36,013 nt of DNA from a virus. Positions within the stretch are counted from its first letter, which is position 1. Each line of letters opens with the position of its first letter. The DNA lies in IMG/VR virus record IMGVR_UViG_3300040801_003188, positions 1-36,013 of that record. One strand, given 5' to 3'. The position numbers and the translations under genes were made by a program. The notes beneath the pieces were generated by a model. That model saw only the letters and a program-made list of their open reading frames with translations, made no database searches and had not been told where the DNA came from. Of the stretch, positions 1 to 9,951 are shown one piece after another.

Positions 1-117
1 ATAGTCCCAGGCACAACAGACGCCCACAGCTTTTATTCACATTTCGCGTTCTCGCCGAACCGCACGGCAGCGAATCCAATCGGCCCGCCTCCGGGCTTTG
101 TAACGGGGTAAGAATAT
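1..117. repeat. Terminal direct repeat, copy 1 (identical to 35897-36013). Wrap-around overlap of a circular or terminally redundant genome.
   Basis: Read by eye: bases 1-117 (atagtcccaggcacaacag...gggtaagaatat) recur exactly at 35897-36013. The repeat lies inside coding sequence: the 3' end of the 33356..36007 gene plus the ATG of the next gene. Confidence 0.95.
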
Positions 118-1312
118 GGCTAGAACAGGAAGCGGGGTCTACTGTCGCGGCGGCGTAACCGGCGCGCATGTGCAGACTGGCATCGACATCGACGCACTAG
201 GCGGAACGCCTGATGTGTTGGTTGTCATGCTCGGCTATTACGACGACGCGTCAGATGGCAGCGAGATCACTGCCGTCGAGTACGGTGACGGAACCAACTG
301 GCAGACCCTAACCTTGATTGGCACGGGGCACGAGGGCGGATTCGGCACCGACCAGCAGGCGCGAGCCTACGCGGTCCTGAATCCTAACGTGAGCTATGAC
401 CGCATCCGCATCACGGCTTCCGAGGCGCTGACAGAGGGCGGAATTGTCGGATGGCACGCAGAGTCGAACGCGACCACGACCGGTATTCAGTCGCAGGCGG
501 CTTTCTCTGGCGGTCCTGGCGAGACATCGAGCGACACCTTTACCGGCGGAGCGACGGGAGACCGGATTGTCGCCCTGACCAATGGCGCCACCACCTGGGG
601 CGAGGGACTGGTAGAGCGGGCATCGTCAGCGGTTGCGTGTAATTCGTGGGGCGGTGGGTACCTCGCCGACAAGGCTTGGGAAGACGGCACCACGGCGGGC
701 GCTTGGTCGGCGCAGGGTGATTTCCTGCAAGTCTTGGCCGTGCATATTCCGGCCAGCGCTAGTGGTGTTGTGTTGCCATCATTTGATGGTCCAAATATAG
801 GCAACCAATCCGATGTAGAAAATCAGGCAATCGCCCCGTTGGACGTATCCGGTTTGTTTACCGCAGGAACCGGCACTAGCCCAACTTACAGTGCTTCCGG
901 ATTGCCTGTCGGGCTATCTATTGACCCGGCCACTGGTATTATATCAGGCACCCCAACAACAGTTGGTACAAATGCTAGTTGTCAGGTAACTTTGACTACA
1001 AGCGAAGGTTCTGCTAATTCAAATTTGTTTAGTTGGGAAATAACCACTGCCATAACTGTTCAAGTTTTAGATATAGGTGCTACAAAACCATCAGGATCGT
1101 TTTCTGTAACGGACGGATCGCAGGCTACCATAGGTAATCAGGTAGAGGTACCATTGTCTACTGATCAAGGTGACGCCATAACTTGGTATGGCCCCCCATA
1201 CGATGGCACCTTTGTTATTGATAATTCTACCGGGCAAAAAACTTTTCAAGCTCGTAGTCGTGAAGACTCTGGTAGCCCGTGGACTCCGTATGCTACGTTT
1301 ACCATAAATTAA
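116..1312 (+). CDS. Fibre/decoration-like protein with a putative Ig (He_PIG/cadherin-like) domain. The N-terminal half is GC-rich and the C-terminal half AT-rich.
   Basis: 398-aa ORF. ATG 116 lies 4 nt after the TAA of the upstream gene. SGLPVGLSIDPATGIISGTPTT is the classic 'putative Ig' signature. Composition switches at about nt 770. Confidence 0.7.
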   Translation: MARTGSGVYCRGGVTGAHVQTGIDIDALGGTPDVLVVMLGYYDDASDGSEITAVEYGDGTNWQTLTLIGTGHEGGFGTDQQARAYAVLNPNVSYDRIRITASEALTEGGIVGWHAESNATTTGIQSQAAFSGGPGETSSDTFTGGATGDRIVALTNGATTWGEGLVERASSAVACNSWGGGYLADKAWEDGTTAGAWSAQGDFLQVLAVHIPASASGVVLPSFDGPNIGNQSDVENQAIAPLDVSGLFTAGTGTSPTYSASGLPVGLSIDPATGIISGTPTTVGTNASCQVTLTTSEGSANSNLFSWEITTAITVQVLDIGATKPSGSFSVTDGSQATIGNQVEVPLSTDQGDAITWYGPPYDGTFVIDNSTGQKTFQARSREDSGSPWTPYATFTIN

Positions 1313-1320
1313 TGAGGCAC

Positions 1321-1548
1321 ATGGCAATGAATTTGTCACAAGCAAATAAAATTGAAAAGATGCTTTTGCAAGGACTAAGCATGTCTGAAATTGCAGATAA
1401 CATGAGTCAATACATTCCAAGTTCTGATGTGTTTGCGTATATCAGGTCCGTATCAGAAACAAATAGCAAAAGTCCGATATACAAATCAAAGCGCGATGTC
1501 ATAAAAGCTGCAACAACTGCTATGGATGGCAGCAAAATTACCGAGTAG
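1321..1548 (+). CDS. Small protein with a possible LuxR/sigma-70 region-4-like helix-turn-helix
   Basis: In-frame ATGs at 1321 and 1327 follow TAA 1310-1312, with GAGG at 1314-1317. The track start at 1279 would overlap the upstream gene. LLQGLSMSEIADNM resembles a GerE/LuxR HTH. Confidence 0.5.
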   Translation: MAMNLSQANKIEKMLLQGLSMSEIADNMSQYIPSSDVFAYIRSVSETNSKSPIYKSKRDVIKAATTAMDGSKITE

Positions 1549-1557
1549 GACCAAAAA

Positions 1558-2142
1558 ATGACCCCTACTGAAATTTGGAATGCTGCTGTTGTCCGTTGTA
1601 GTGGAACTCCTATAACTACAACGGGCGGCGATGAAACCGTAGAAGAAGAATTGTTCGGGTATATGTACCCAATGGAACGTGATGCTGTTTTGTCTGCCAG
1701 GGACTGGAGTTTTAACCGCAAAATAGTTTCTTTGTCCCCGCTAGTTGAGTTGGATGGAATCAGGAATGCCCCGGTGTTTGGCATTCCTAGTGACACGCTT
1801 AGAGTATGGCGGGTTGATGTTGATCCTTATTTTAAGTCAGTAGATCTAGAGTGGGAGATATATAACAATAGGATAGTAGTGCCGGGGGCCGGGGATCAGT
1901 TATATGTTTATTATGGTTACTCAGAATTGGATTCTACCCGCTATACCCCAGATTTTGTTAAAGCGTTAGTTATAAAGTGCGCTACCGCTTTGGCGCTTCC
2001 CCTTAAACAGAGCGTAAGCTTGAGGGAAAGTTTGTTAAAAGAGTATGATAGTGTGTTAACAGAAGCAGCAGCATTGGACGGGATGAGTGGGTCAAAAGTT
2101 AATTACAAGCCCGGCAAATTAAGAAGGGCTCGCAATGCCTAG
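1558..2142 (+). CDS. Tail tubular protein A (T7 gp11-like)
   Basis: 194 aa, sited directly upstream of a 761-aa ORF with an 8-nt overlap. Size and order match T7 gp11/gp12. The N-terminal pattern (...ARDWSFN...) resembles gp11-type proteins. Confidence 0.65.
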   Translation: MTPTEIWNAAVVRCSGTPITTTGGDETVEEELFGYMYPMERDAVLSARDWSFNRKIVSLSPLVELDGIRNAPVFGIPSDTLRVWRVDVDPYFKSVDLEWEIYNNRIVVPGAGDQLYVYYGYSELDSTRYTPDFVKALVIKCATALALPLKQSVSLRESLLKEYDSVLTEAAALDGMSGSKVNYKPGKLRRARNA

Positions 2143-4420
2143 TCGTAAAATACGACCAATAGTGGAGTCTTTCGCCGCTGGCAGAATAGACAGCGATTTG
2201 CGTGGTCGTGTTAGCGCTCCCATATACCAAGAATCTGTTTTTGATTCATTAAACATGGTATCCCGTTTGCGCGGACCAATCAAAACGCGTGGCGGGTTTG
2301 AACACGTTGCAGTCATAAATGAAACTACGGACCGGTTTCGTAAACTTCCATTTTATTATTCGTCCGGCAAAAGTTATTTTGTTGGAATAGGCAACGACAA
2401 CATATATGTATTGGACGAAAACGGCATAGTGACGGGGGGCATTGGAGGCCAGCCCGGTGGAGCGGGCAACCTGTTATTGAACGGCGATTTTGGGCTTGGA
2501 CTGAGCAATTGGATAAATCGTACGGCGTTTGCAGAAACTCCAATCCGCGTAACTTATGGTAACACGGACGCGGCGTCACTGACCTGGGATTCATCGAGGC
2601 CCTCAGCTAGGCTTAGATTAGACGGTACCGATAACACCGAAGCTATAGCTCGAAACATTGTAGCTACCGGTCAATTAATAACATTGGCTGCAGGTACCTA
2701 TGATTTAACCGGTAGCTACGAATTTGTCGATGCTTTTCCAAGTGACTACGCTGAATTAACAGTAACGGTGCCAACCGACCCGGATGATTTGTTCCCGATA
2801 CTATTTGTTATACCGGGCAACGAATTGATTAGGGAAAATTTGCCAAGCGGGTCTACGGAATTTTCTACCCAATTTACTCTGGCTCAGGAAAGCCAAGTAT
2901 ACATAGAAGTATCGGGCCATTGGGGGGAGTTTGGCCAGCCTATTACTGATAGGTCTATGTATTTAAAAGAAGTAAGCGTTATAGACCCGTCTGCCAATCA
3001 AGGAGGGGGTGGGACAGCTCAACCAATTATTTTTACCAACCCGTGGACAAATAATATAGACGATGTTGATTTTGCTGTTTCTCCTAATCAGAAATCAATG
3101 TTGTTGTTTCATAAGGATGTTGCCCCCAGAGCCATATCGTATGACGATGTAAACGATTCTTGGTCGTTTACACCCGTAACATTTATTGGTCAACCGCCAG
3201 AATGGGCTGCCAATAATTGGCCATCGAAATTAAGTTTCAACAATCGTAGATTGTTGGCAGCATCAACGCCAAGCAATCCTAACAGAGTGTGGGCCAGCGC
3301 ATCCGATAATTTTTTGGATTTTACGCAACAGGCATCGCCAACCGCTAATGATGCTTTTGCGTTTGACCTTATTGATAATAGTAAAGTTCAATTTATAGAT
3401 TCACTAGAAGAAATCATAATCGGGTCAGATACTAGGCCATGGGAATTAATTAGTTCAACGCCCGGGGTCGTGGCCCCAAATGATTATGTTGCTCGTCGTC
3501 AATCGTTACGGGGCGCATCTAGTGGTGATTTTTTAAACATAGATGCCGAGTTACTGTACCTAAGTGATAACAACAGGCGGGTACAGGCAATTACTAGAGA
3601 AGACCGTGGTAATAGATACGTAATAAAAGAAGTTTCATGGATGGCCAATGAACTGACTAAACATTCTGTTGGAGATATGGCATTAACCCAATACCCAGAC
3701 CAGATAGTTTGGTTTAGAAAAAATGGTTCTGTTGGCGATTTTGTGGCTTGTACTTACAACCCAGAGGAAAAAGATTTCCCTGGTTGGCATGCCCACCATA
3801 CGGACGGCGACATACTGTCATTTGCATCGACGTTTGTTAACGGTCAATATGAATTATTTGCTGTAATTAAACGACATAACGAATCCGGTTCTTATGTTAG
3901 TTATGAGCGGTACAGGCCGGACATACATTTGGATTCTTATTTGCGTCAATTTTATCCCACCCCCACAACCACATTGGTGGGGTTAGATAGGTTTAATGGT
4001 AAATCGGTGTATGTTTATGCCGATGGTGCTGGGTATGGGCCATATGAAGTTTTAAATGGGTCCATATCGCTACCTGAAACGGTACAGGAAGTGTATGTAG
4101 GGTTTGGTTTTTCGACATTGCTAGTTACTAGGGACTTAGAAGGCGGATTTCCGGCAGGCACTATGCAAGGTACACAGCAGTCTTGGAACAAAATATGGGT
4201 TAGAGGGAAGTTTACGGTGCCCCCAGTAATTAATGGTCGACGAGCACCGGAACGTTCAGTAAAAATTAATATGGATACAGCGGTCCCGTCAGACTATAGG
4301 GATGTTGAAATCACTAGCGATGGGATCAAATCTGATAACCGAATAACCATAACTGAGGGGTTACCTGTCCCCTTGGAGGTTATAGCGGTGTTCGGTGAAA
4401 TGGCAACGGGGTCAACATAA
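2135..4420 (+). CDS. Tail tubular protein B (T7 gp12-like)
   Basis: 761 aa. Positioned between the gp11-like ORF and three internal-virion-sized ORFs, matching T7-type order 11-12-13/14-15-16-17. Confidence 0.65.
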   Translation: MPSRKIRPIVESFAAGRIDSDLRGRVSAPIYQESVFDSLNMVSRLRGPIKTRGGFEHVAVINETTDRFRKLPFYYSSGKSYFVGIGNDNIYVLDENGIVTGGIGGQPGGAGNLLLNGDFGLGLSNWINRTAFAETPIRVTYGNTDAASLTWDSSRPSARLRLDGTDNTEAIARNIVATGQLITLAAGTYDLTGSYEFVDAFPSDYAELTVTVPTDPDDLFPILFVIPGNELIRENLPSGSTEFSTQFTLAQESQVYIEVSGHWGEFGQPITDRSMYLKEVSVIDPSANQGGGGTAQPIIFTNPWTNNIDDVDFAVSPNQKSMLLFHKDVAPRAISYDDVNDSWSFTPVTFIGQPPEWAANNWPSKLSFNNRRLLAASTPSNPNRVWASASDNFLDFTQQASPTANDAFAFDLIDNSKVQFIDSLEEIIIGSDTRPWELISSTPGVVAPNDYVARRQSLRGASSGDFLNIDAELLYLSDNNRRVQAITREDRGNRYVIKEVSWMANELTKHSVGDMALTQYPDQIVWFRKNGSVGDFVACTYNPEEKDFPGWHAHHTDGDILSFASTFVNGQYELFAVIKRHNESGSYVSYERYRPDIHLDSYLRQFYPTPTTTLVGLDRFNGKSVYVYADGAGYGPYEVLNGSISLPETVQEVYVGFGFSTLLVTRDLEGGFPAGTMQGTQQSWNKIWVRGKFTVPPVINGRRAPERSVKINMDTAVPSDYRDVEITSDGIKSDNRITITEGLPVPLEVIAVFGEMATGST

Positions 4421-4845
4421 TGTCGTCACTAAATGCTGCATTGACTGGTCTTTCAATTGGATTGGATGTTGCCTCTGGATTATCTGGCATGAATTCGGCA
4501 AAAAGAGCCGCTAAAGCTCAAGCCGAATTAGAAATGTTGACCGCAGCAGAGAATGTTAGGCGCGCTCGTCGACGTCAGAGGCAGGAATTGGGCCAGATGA
4601 AATTAGCGGCTGCTGCTTCTAATACCGGCAATGTTTCTGGTTACGGGTACAGCGGCGTTATCAAAGATGCTGAACAAGAATTCAAACGAGAGATAGATTG
4701 GATTAGAACTGCTGCCAGACTGCGTGCTAGAGGCGCACAAGAGGCAGGCGAAATGGCTGCCATTACCACTGGTCTTGGCACATTAAGCGGCCTTATTTCT
4801 GGTGTTTCTGGTCTAGGCAAAACCGAGGGCTGGTGGGGATCATGA
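4420..4845 (+). CDS. Internal virion protein (gp13/14-like)
   Basis: 141 aa with TAATG coupling to the upstream gene. Gly/Ala/Ser-rich hydrophobic ends flank a basic helical core (RRARRRQRQE). Confidence 0.5.
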   Translation: MSSLNAALTGLSIGLDVASGLSGMNSAKRAAKAQAELEMLTAAENVRRARRRQRQELGQMKLAAAASNTGNVSGYGYSGVIKDAEQEFKREIDWIRTAARLRARGAQEAGEMAAITTGLGTLSGLISGVSGLGKTEGWWGS

Positions 4846-6956
4846 AAATAAATTTTGTAAGTCTTGGTCCGGCGCAGCCTCTTACTAAAGGGGACCAGAT
4901 AGGTCGTGAATTGGCCAAAACTCAGGCCGTTCAGTCTACAATAAGAACGGTCACTGGTACCTTGCTTCAAATACAAGATGATATAAATAAACAGGATTAT
5001 GAAAATTCTGTTGTAGAATATGAAATAGCTATGCAGAGCGCTACTGCAAAGCGAATGCTTGAAAGGGAAATACAATTATCTGATGTACCTGATGGGTTTA
5101 AAATTACTGATGATATGCAACAAAACGGATCCATACAAGGGTCACGTTTTGCATTAGATTTGTTTAAAACAGAATCCGGCAACATACGTAATCGCATATC
5201 CCAGAAGGTTCCGAGAGCTTACGCCCAGCAATTTTCAAATTTCGCTGACAAAGTACAAGTTAATGCAGAATCAGAAGTAATGGCTCAGCAAATGGCCTGG
5301 GCCAGGGACGAAGCGTTGGCGGATTTTAATAATAATACAGAAAATTTGCTCAACGCTGGTATGTATTCTGAGGCAACAGCTTATGTTGAATCTAGCCCGT
5401 TATTGACAGATGTGCAAAAACAAGAGGCCATATCACGAATTGCAAAACAACGCGAATTAGACCCCATTTATGACTCAATTAATAATGGGGATACCCAAGA
5501 AATGCAAGTTATGTCGTCTTACCTAAAAGACAGCGATTATGATGGTTTTTTGTCGCCTGCCGAAAGGCGTAGTTTATATCAACAGTTGGAGGCCGAGATT
5601 GTTAGGTCAATGTCTGTGGCTGATGCGAAATTAGCTATGGAAATTGGCCGCAAGGCCGGTGACTTAGAAATTGGTGTAAGGTTTGGTAATGCTGATATTG
5701 TAGATATAGATAATGCCTATGACCGTGGCGTAATTTCAGCCGAAAAACGTACACAACTCATGACGCTTTATTATGGCAAAGTTGCGGAGGCGCAAAAACG
5801 AGCAGCTGATTTTGATTTTGTGTCTTATTCAATAGAATCAGGCATACCATTAGACCATAACCGTGCTGACCATCGCAATCAAGTGGACGAGTTTTTCCGC
5901 TATATGATCGGGGCGCAGGAAGGAGAGCCGATACCGCCTACACCAGAAAACATGGCCCGAGCTTTGCAAGTTGCTAAAACCGGGATTTTGCCAACTGAGG
6001 CAAAGTCTTGGATCGTCGGCATGAATCGGTCTCGTGACCCAAACAAAATTATACTCGCAGCACAGTTTTATGAACAGTTACAAAGACAATACCCCATGGT
6101 TTGGCGCGATAGTGAGGGCATAGATGATCGAGACCGCATGATTATGAACGGGGTACTAGCTTTAACCCGTTCTGGTTCAACTGCACAAGAAGCACTTACT
6201 ATCGCAATGGATTCAGCTAACCGTACCCCGGAAGAACGCCAATTGATAGACCATAAATACAGGTCTATACAAATGGGTAGCGGCAATCAGCAATCTCTTG
6301 AAAAATTTATCAGAAAAGACGATAGGTTTACTAGTTCAATACTAGGTGTGCCTGTCTCTGGTGGCCCGCCGCCCCCAACTATTCAAATGGTTGCAGAATA
6401 TGATTCCGCAGTACGTCATTATTATGGATATTTTGAAGACATAGAAATGGCTCGCCAAATGGCATATGATAGTTTGCGTAACATATGGTCTGCAACTCAG
6501 ATCAATGGCGATCGCCAAGTTATGAAGTACCCCCCAGAGGCCATGACTGGTATCGGCAACACCCAGGATTTGCGGGAATCTTTGGTAAAAGATGCTGAAT
6601 CTGCTGGGATCACAATAGATGATTCAATCCGTGTTGTTTCTACTGAAAACACAAGGGAAACCGGCGCATATCAACTGGTACGGTTGCGCCCTGACGGATT
6701 GCCAGAGGTGGTTACTGACTCCAATGGTGTTGCTTTGTCTTGGATTCCTGATGTCGAGTCTATAAGAGAACAGCAACGCGAAAGAGATCTGGCCGAAGCC
6801 AACGATAAACGTGCTAAAATTCGTAGGCTACAACAGGAGGTAAGGGAAGAAGGCGGATTGACCGGCAAGCACCCGGATGGGTTTATACATCTTGAATTTA
6901 CGTCTGAATTTCCGTGGATTGATGCGACCCATATACCAGCAGAGGGCCATGAATAA
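4842..6956 (+). CDS. Internal virion/core protein (gp15-like)
   Basis: 704 aa from ATG 4842, which overlaps the upstream stop as ATGA. The track start at 4833 is GTG. Helical and charged. Assigned by position in the module. Confidence 0.5.
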   Translation: MKINFVSLGPAQPLTKGDQIGRELAKTQAVQSTIRTVTGTLLQIQDDINKQDYENSVVEYEIAMQSATAKRMLEREIQLSDVPDGFKITDDMQQNGSIQGSRFALDLFKTESGNIRNRISQKVPRAYAQQFSNFADKVQVNAESEVMAQQMAWARDEALADFNNNTENLLNAGMYSEATAYVESSPLLTDVQKQEAISRIAKQRELDPIYDSINNGDTQEMQVMSSYLKDSDYDGFLSPAERRSLYQQLEAEIVRSMSVADAKLAMEIGRKAGDLEIGVRFGNADIVDIDNAYDRGVISAEKRTQLMTLYYGKVAEAQKRAADFDFVSYSIESGIPLDHNRADHRNQVDEFFRYMIGAQEGEPIPPTPENMARALQVAKTGILPTEAKSWIVGMNRSRDPNKIILAAQFYEQLQRQYPMVWRDSEGIDDRDRMIMNGVLALTRSGSTAQEALTIAMDSANRTPEERQLIDHKYRSIQMGSGNQQSLEKFIRKDDRFTSSILGVPVSGGPPPPTIQMVAEYDSAVRHYYGYFEDIEMARQMAYDSLRNIWSATQINGDRQVMKYPPEAMTGIGNTQDLRESLVKDAESAGITIDDSIRVVSTENTRETGAYQLVRLRPDGLPEVVTDSNGVALSWIPDVESIREQQRERDLAEANDKRAKIRRLQQEVREEGGLTGKHPDGFIHLEFTSEFPWIDATHIPAEGHE

Positions 6957-9949
6957 TGCCACTAGTAAATGATTCAAGGCCAGCGATACATCCGGGGTTG
7001 CGCGATCCTGATGAATCATTTGACCCGGACGCAATTAAACACGGTGCTCTGCAAATATTTACTTCCGGGTTTGAGGAGTATAACCCAATATCCGCTGCTG
7101 TAGCTAGGGGGGTAAAACCAAATTTTGTGCCGATAGATGGGTATGACCCATTGGGCGATGACAAGAACGACATAGAGGGCTATGAGCCATATGCTGAGTC
7201 TTTTATGTTTTCTGAATCCCCAGCCGAAACCCAATGGATAAAATCAACCATTGATCGTGAGGTAAGAAACCGCGACATACTTATGCAATCCGGGGTTACA
7301 GGAATAGTAGCCTCGGTAGCCGGTGGATTTACTAGTCCAGCTTTATTGGCCACTTTGCTTGTGCCCGGCGGCGGCCAAACAATAGCGGGAAGGGCATTAT
7401 TTGAGGGGTTTCTGGTAGGCTCTGGGGAACTTATGTCCGAAGCTGCCTTACAAGGGATACAAGAAACTAGAACATTGGAACAGAGTGCCATTAATGTAGT
7501 AGGTGGCGCATTGTTTGCTGGTGTGTTGGGCGGTGTTTCTTCTAGCCTTTCTAGAGCGGAACAGAAGCAAGTAAAAGATGTCATAGTCAGGGATTTACTG
7601 GATCAGGCGTCGGCACCAGATAAGTCTGCAATCAGCAGGCGTGCGTTGTCAGATACAACTGATCAAATTACAGCGCTGGATGTGCCTGACGCTGTGTCGG
7701 CTACCGTATCAGTGATGGATACTGGTGTACGTTTGATGCGTTCCCCCAACCCGGAAATTCGTAGAGCAACAGAAATGTTGGTTGAGACCCCGGCTAGGCT
7801 AACAAAAAATAGGGCTGGAGAACCCACATTTGTTGCTGCAGAAACTAGGATAAAACAAGCGTTTACCCCTGTATCTGAGTCAATTGATTTGATGCGTAAT
7901 TCTTATGCCCAAATGATGGGCGTAAAGGGGCCTGCATCGTTTTATAGGGCGTGGGTCAAGGGCCAACGGCCCGGGTCTATGTCATACCGTGAGTTCAGAA
8001 ATGAAGTTGGTAGGGCTATGAGGTATGGTGATACACACAGTAATCCATACATACAAGCAGCCGCAAGATCATTTCGTGCTAATGTATTTGACCCTCTAAA
8101 AACCCGTGCACAAAAAGCCAACCTACTCGGGGAGGACATAGATCTCCTTGGTGCTGATTCTTATCTTACACGCATGTATGATTTTCATAAGATCAAACAA
8201 AATCCACAAGAATTTACAAATGCGATAGCACAGTATCTACAAAGGGATCAAGGGTATAAACACGAAGTTGCTCAAGAAGCAGCCGATATTGTATATCGTT
8301 CTTTGTTAGATGTAGATAATGTATTTGGTATACCAAAGAAAATAGTGCCAAAAGCCGGTATGCTTAAGGACCGCGAAATTGATATACCAGATAGGGTTCT
8401 TGAGCCATGGCTGGAATCTGATATTGAGGTTATAAGTCGTGTATACACCAGACGTATGGCTACCGAGGTCGAATTAGCCGAAACTTTTGGTGATCGCGAA
8501 ATGCGCGAAGCATTTGCCAGAATAGAAAGACAACACCGCAAGTCAGTGGATGAAGCTATTTCTGCAGGCAACACTAAATTGGCTGCTAGGCTTGAAGAAC
8601 AGCATCAAAAAGACCGCAAGGCGTTGGTCGCTATTAGGGACATGTTTATAGGCACCTATGGTATGCCAAGAGACCCTATGTCGGGGTTGGTTCGCGGCGC
8701 CAGATTTCTTCGTGCGTATAACTATATGCTAATGTTGGGTGGTCAGGTAATATCATCGTTCCCCGATATGGCCAGACCAATAGTAACCAACGGACTACGT
8801 GGTTATCTTAAAGCAATGGCACCAATGATGACCGATGCTATTGTTGGCACAGGAACATTGGGGTCTAAAAGGATAGCACCTAAAGCTCTTCGCGACGTTA
8901 AACGAATGGGTGTAGGGCTTGATATGACCCTACATACAAGAATGCGTGCATTTGCTGATTTAAGTGAAATCCCAACTACAATGGGACGGCTCGAAGTTTT
9001 GGGCGAAGCCGGAACATCGGTATTTTCAAAAGTATCGCTAATGGATCCGTGGAATTCATTTTTTAAACAATGGTCCGGTACCATGGCGTCTGATCGCCTT
9101 ATTGCTATGGCCCTTAAAGAGAAACGCACTAAAGCTGAATTGGCACAAGCAGCATGGCTTGGGCTGAGCGAAAAGGACCTAATCACCATAGGTAAAATGT
9201 GGACACGGTTTGGTGAAAAAGAATCTGGGTTCCATGTTGCTAATATTGCGTCTTGGCCAAGTTCTATAAGAGACAAATTTTCTGCGGCTGTGTTGAAAGA
9301 AGCCGATTTTATTATAATTACCCCGGGCAAAGCAGAACGCCCGTTGTGGGCAGGAACTGAGTGGGGCAAGACCATAATGCAATTCAAATCATTTGCCATG
9401 GCCGCTACTAACAGAATGGCCATGTCTGGGCTATCACAGCGCGATTTAAATGTCATAAATTCTTTGTTATTTACCGTATTCCTTGGCTCTGTAGTTACAT
9501 ATATAAAGCGCACTCAATCTGGGCGGGATACAGATGACATAGATAATTTTGATTCGTCTTTTTGGATAGAATCTATAGACAGAGGCGGTGCATTGGGCAT
9601 CATGATGGAGCCTGTAAACATAGTTCGTCACATTGGCGGTTATGGCCCATATGGAGGAAGTCCACGTGAAATGGCCGGTGAAGTTTTTGGCCCAAGCATA
9701 GGAACCATGGAATCGGCTGGCTCTGCTGTTCAGGGAGCGCTTCGTGGCATGATTCCAGGCGAAGAACCAAGAGCCACAAATGTTCATGCAGTTAGAAAGC
9801 TAATTCCGTATCAGAATTTGTTTTATACAAGACATGTGTTGGACAGGGCAGAACATGAAGTTATAAAGGCATTGGGGCTGGAGGGGGAAACTGTTTATGA
9901 ACGTAAACAGGCTCAAAATCAGAATATGGACAACGGCCCGAGGTTCTAA
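6956..9949 (+). CDS. Large internal virion/ejection protein (gp16-like) with hydrophobic segments
   Basis: 997 aa with TAATG coupling. Gly/Ala-rich membrane-like segments (GVTGIVASVAGGFTSPALLATLLVPGG; VVGGALFAGVLGGVSS). Assigned by position. Confidence 0.5.
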   Translation: MPLVNDSRPAIHPGLRDPDESFDPDAIKHGALQIFTSGFEEYNPISAAVARGVKPNFVPIDGYDPLGDDKNDIEGYEPYAESFMFSESPAETQWIKSTIDREVRNRDILMQSGVTGIVASVAGGFTSPALLATLLVPGGGQTIAGRALFEGFLVGSGELMSEAALQGIQETRTLEQSAINVVGGALFAGVLGGVSSSLSRAEQKQVKDVIVRDLLDQASAPDKSAISRRALSDTTDQITALDVPDAVSATVSVMDTGVRLMRSPNPEIRRATEMLVETPARLTKNRAGEPTFVAAETRIKQAFTPVSESIDLMRNSYAQMMGVKGPASFYRAWVKGQRPGSMSYREFRNEVGRAMRYGDTHSNPYIQAAARSFRANVFDPLKTRAQKANLLGEDIDLLGADSYLTRMYDFHKIKQNPQEFTNAIAQYLQRDQGYKHEVAQEAADIVYRSLLDVDNVFGIPKKIVPKAGMLKDREIDIPDRVLEPWLESDIEVISRVYTRRMATEVELAETFGDREMREAFARIERQHRKSVDEAISAGNTKLAARLEEQHQKDRKALVAIRDMFIGTYGMPRDPMSGLVRGARFLRAYNYMLMLGGQVISSFPDMARPIVTNGLRGYLKAMAPMMTDAIVGTGTLGSKRIAPKALRDVKRMGVGLDMTLHTRMRAFADLSEIPTTMGRLEVLGEAGTSVFSKVSLMDPWNSFFKQWSGTMASDRLIAMALKEKRTKAELAQAAWLGLSEKDLITIGKMWTRFGEKESGFHVANIASWPSSIRDKFSAAVLKEADFIIITPGKAERPLWAGTEWGKTIMQFKSFAMAATNRMAMSGLSQRDLNVINSLLFTVFLGSVVTYIKRTQSGRDTDDIDNFDSSFWIESIDRGGALGIMMEPVNIVRHIGGYGPYGGSPREMAGEVFGPSIGTMESAGSAVQGALRGMIPGEEPRATNVHAVRKLIPYQNLFYTRHVLDRAEHEVIKALGLEGETVYERKQAQNQNMDNGPRF

Positions 9950-9951
9950 TA

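Noticed and set aside
8803-9513. - strand ORFs inside the + strand structural arm (8803..9513, 7180..7584, 10032..10445, 34418..34960, 35126..35485 and others)
   Set aside because: They are antisense to long, tightly coupled structural genes. There is no initiation signal. The GC-rich ones are expected by chance.
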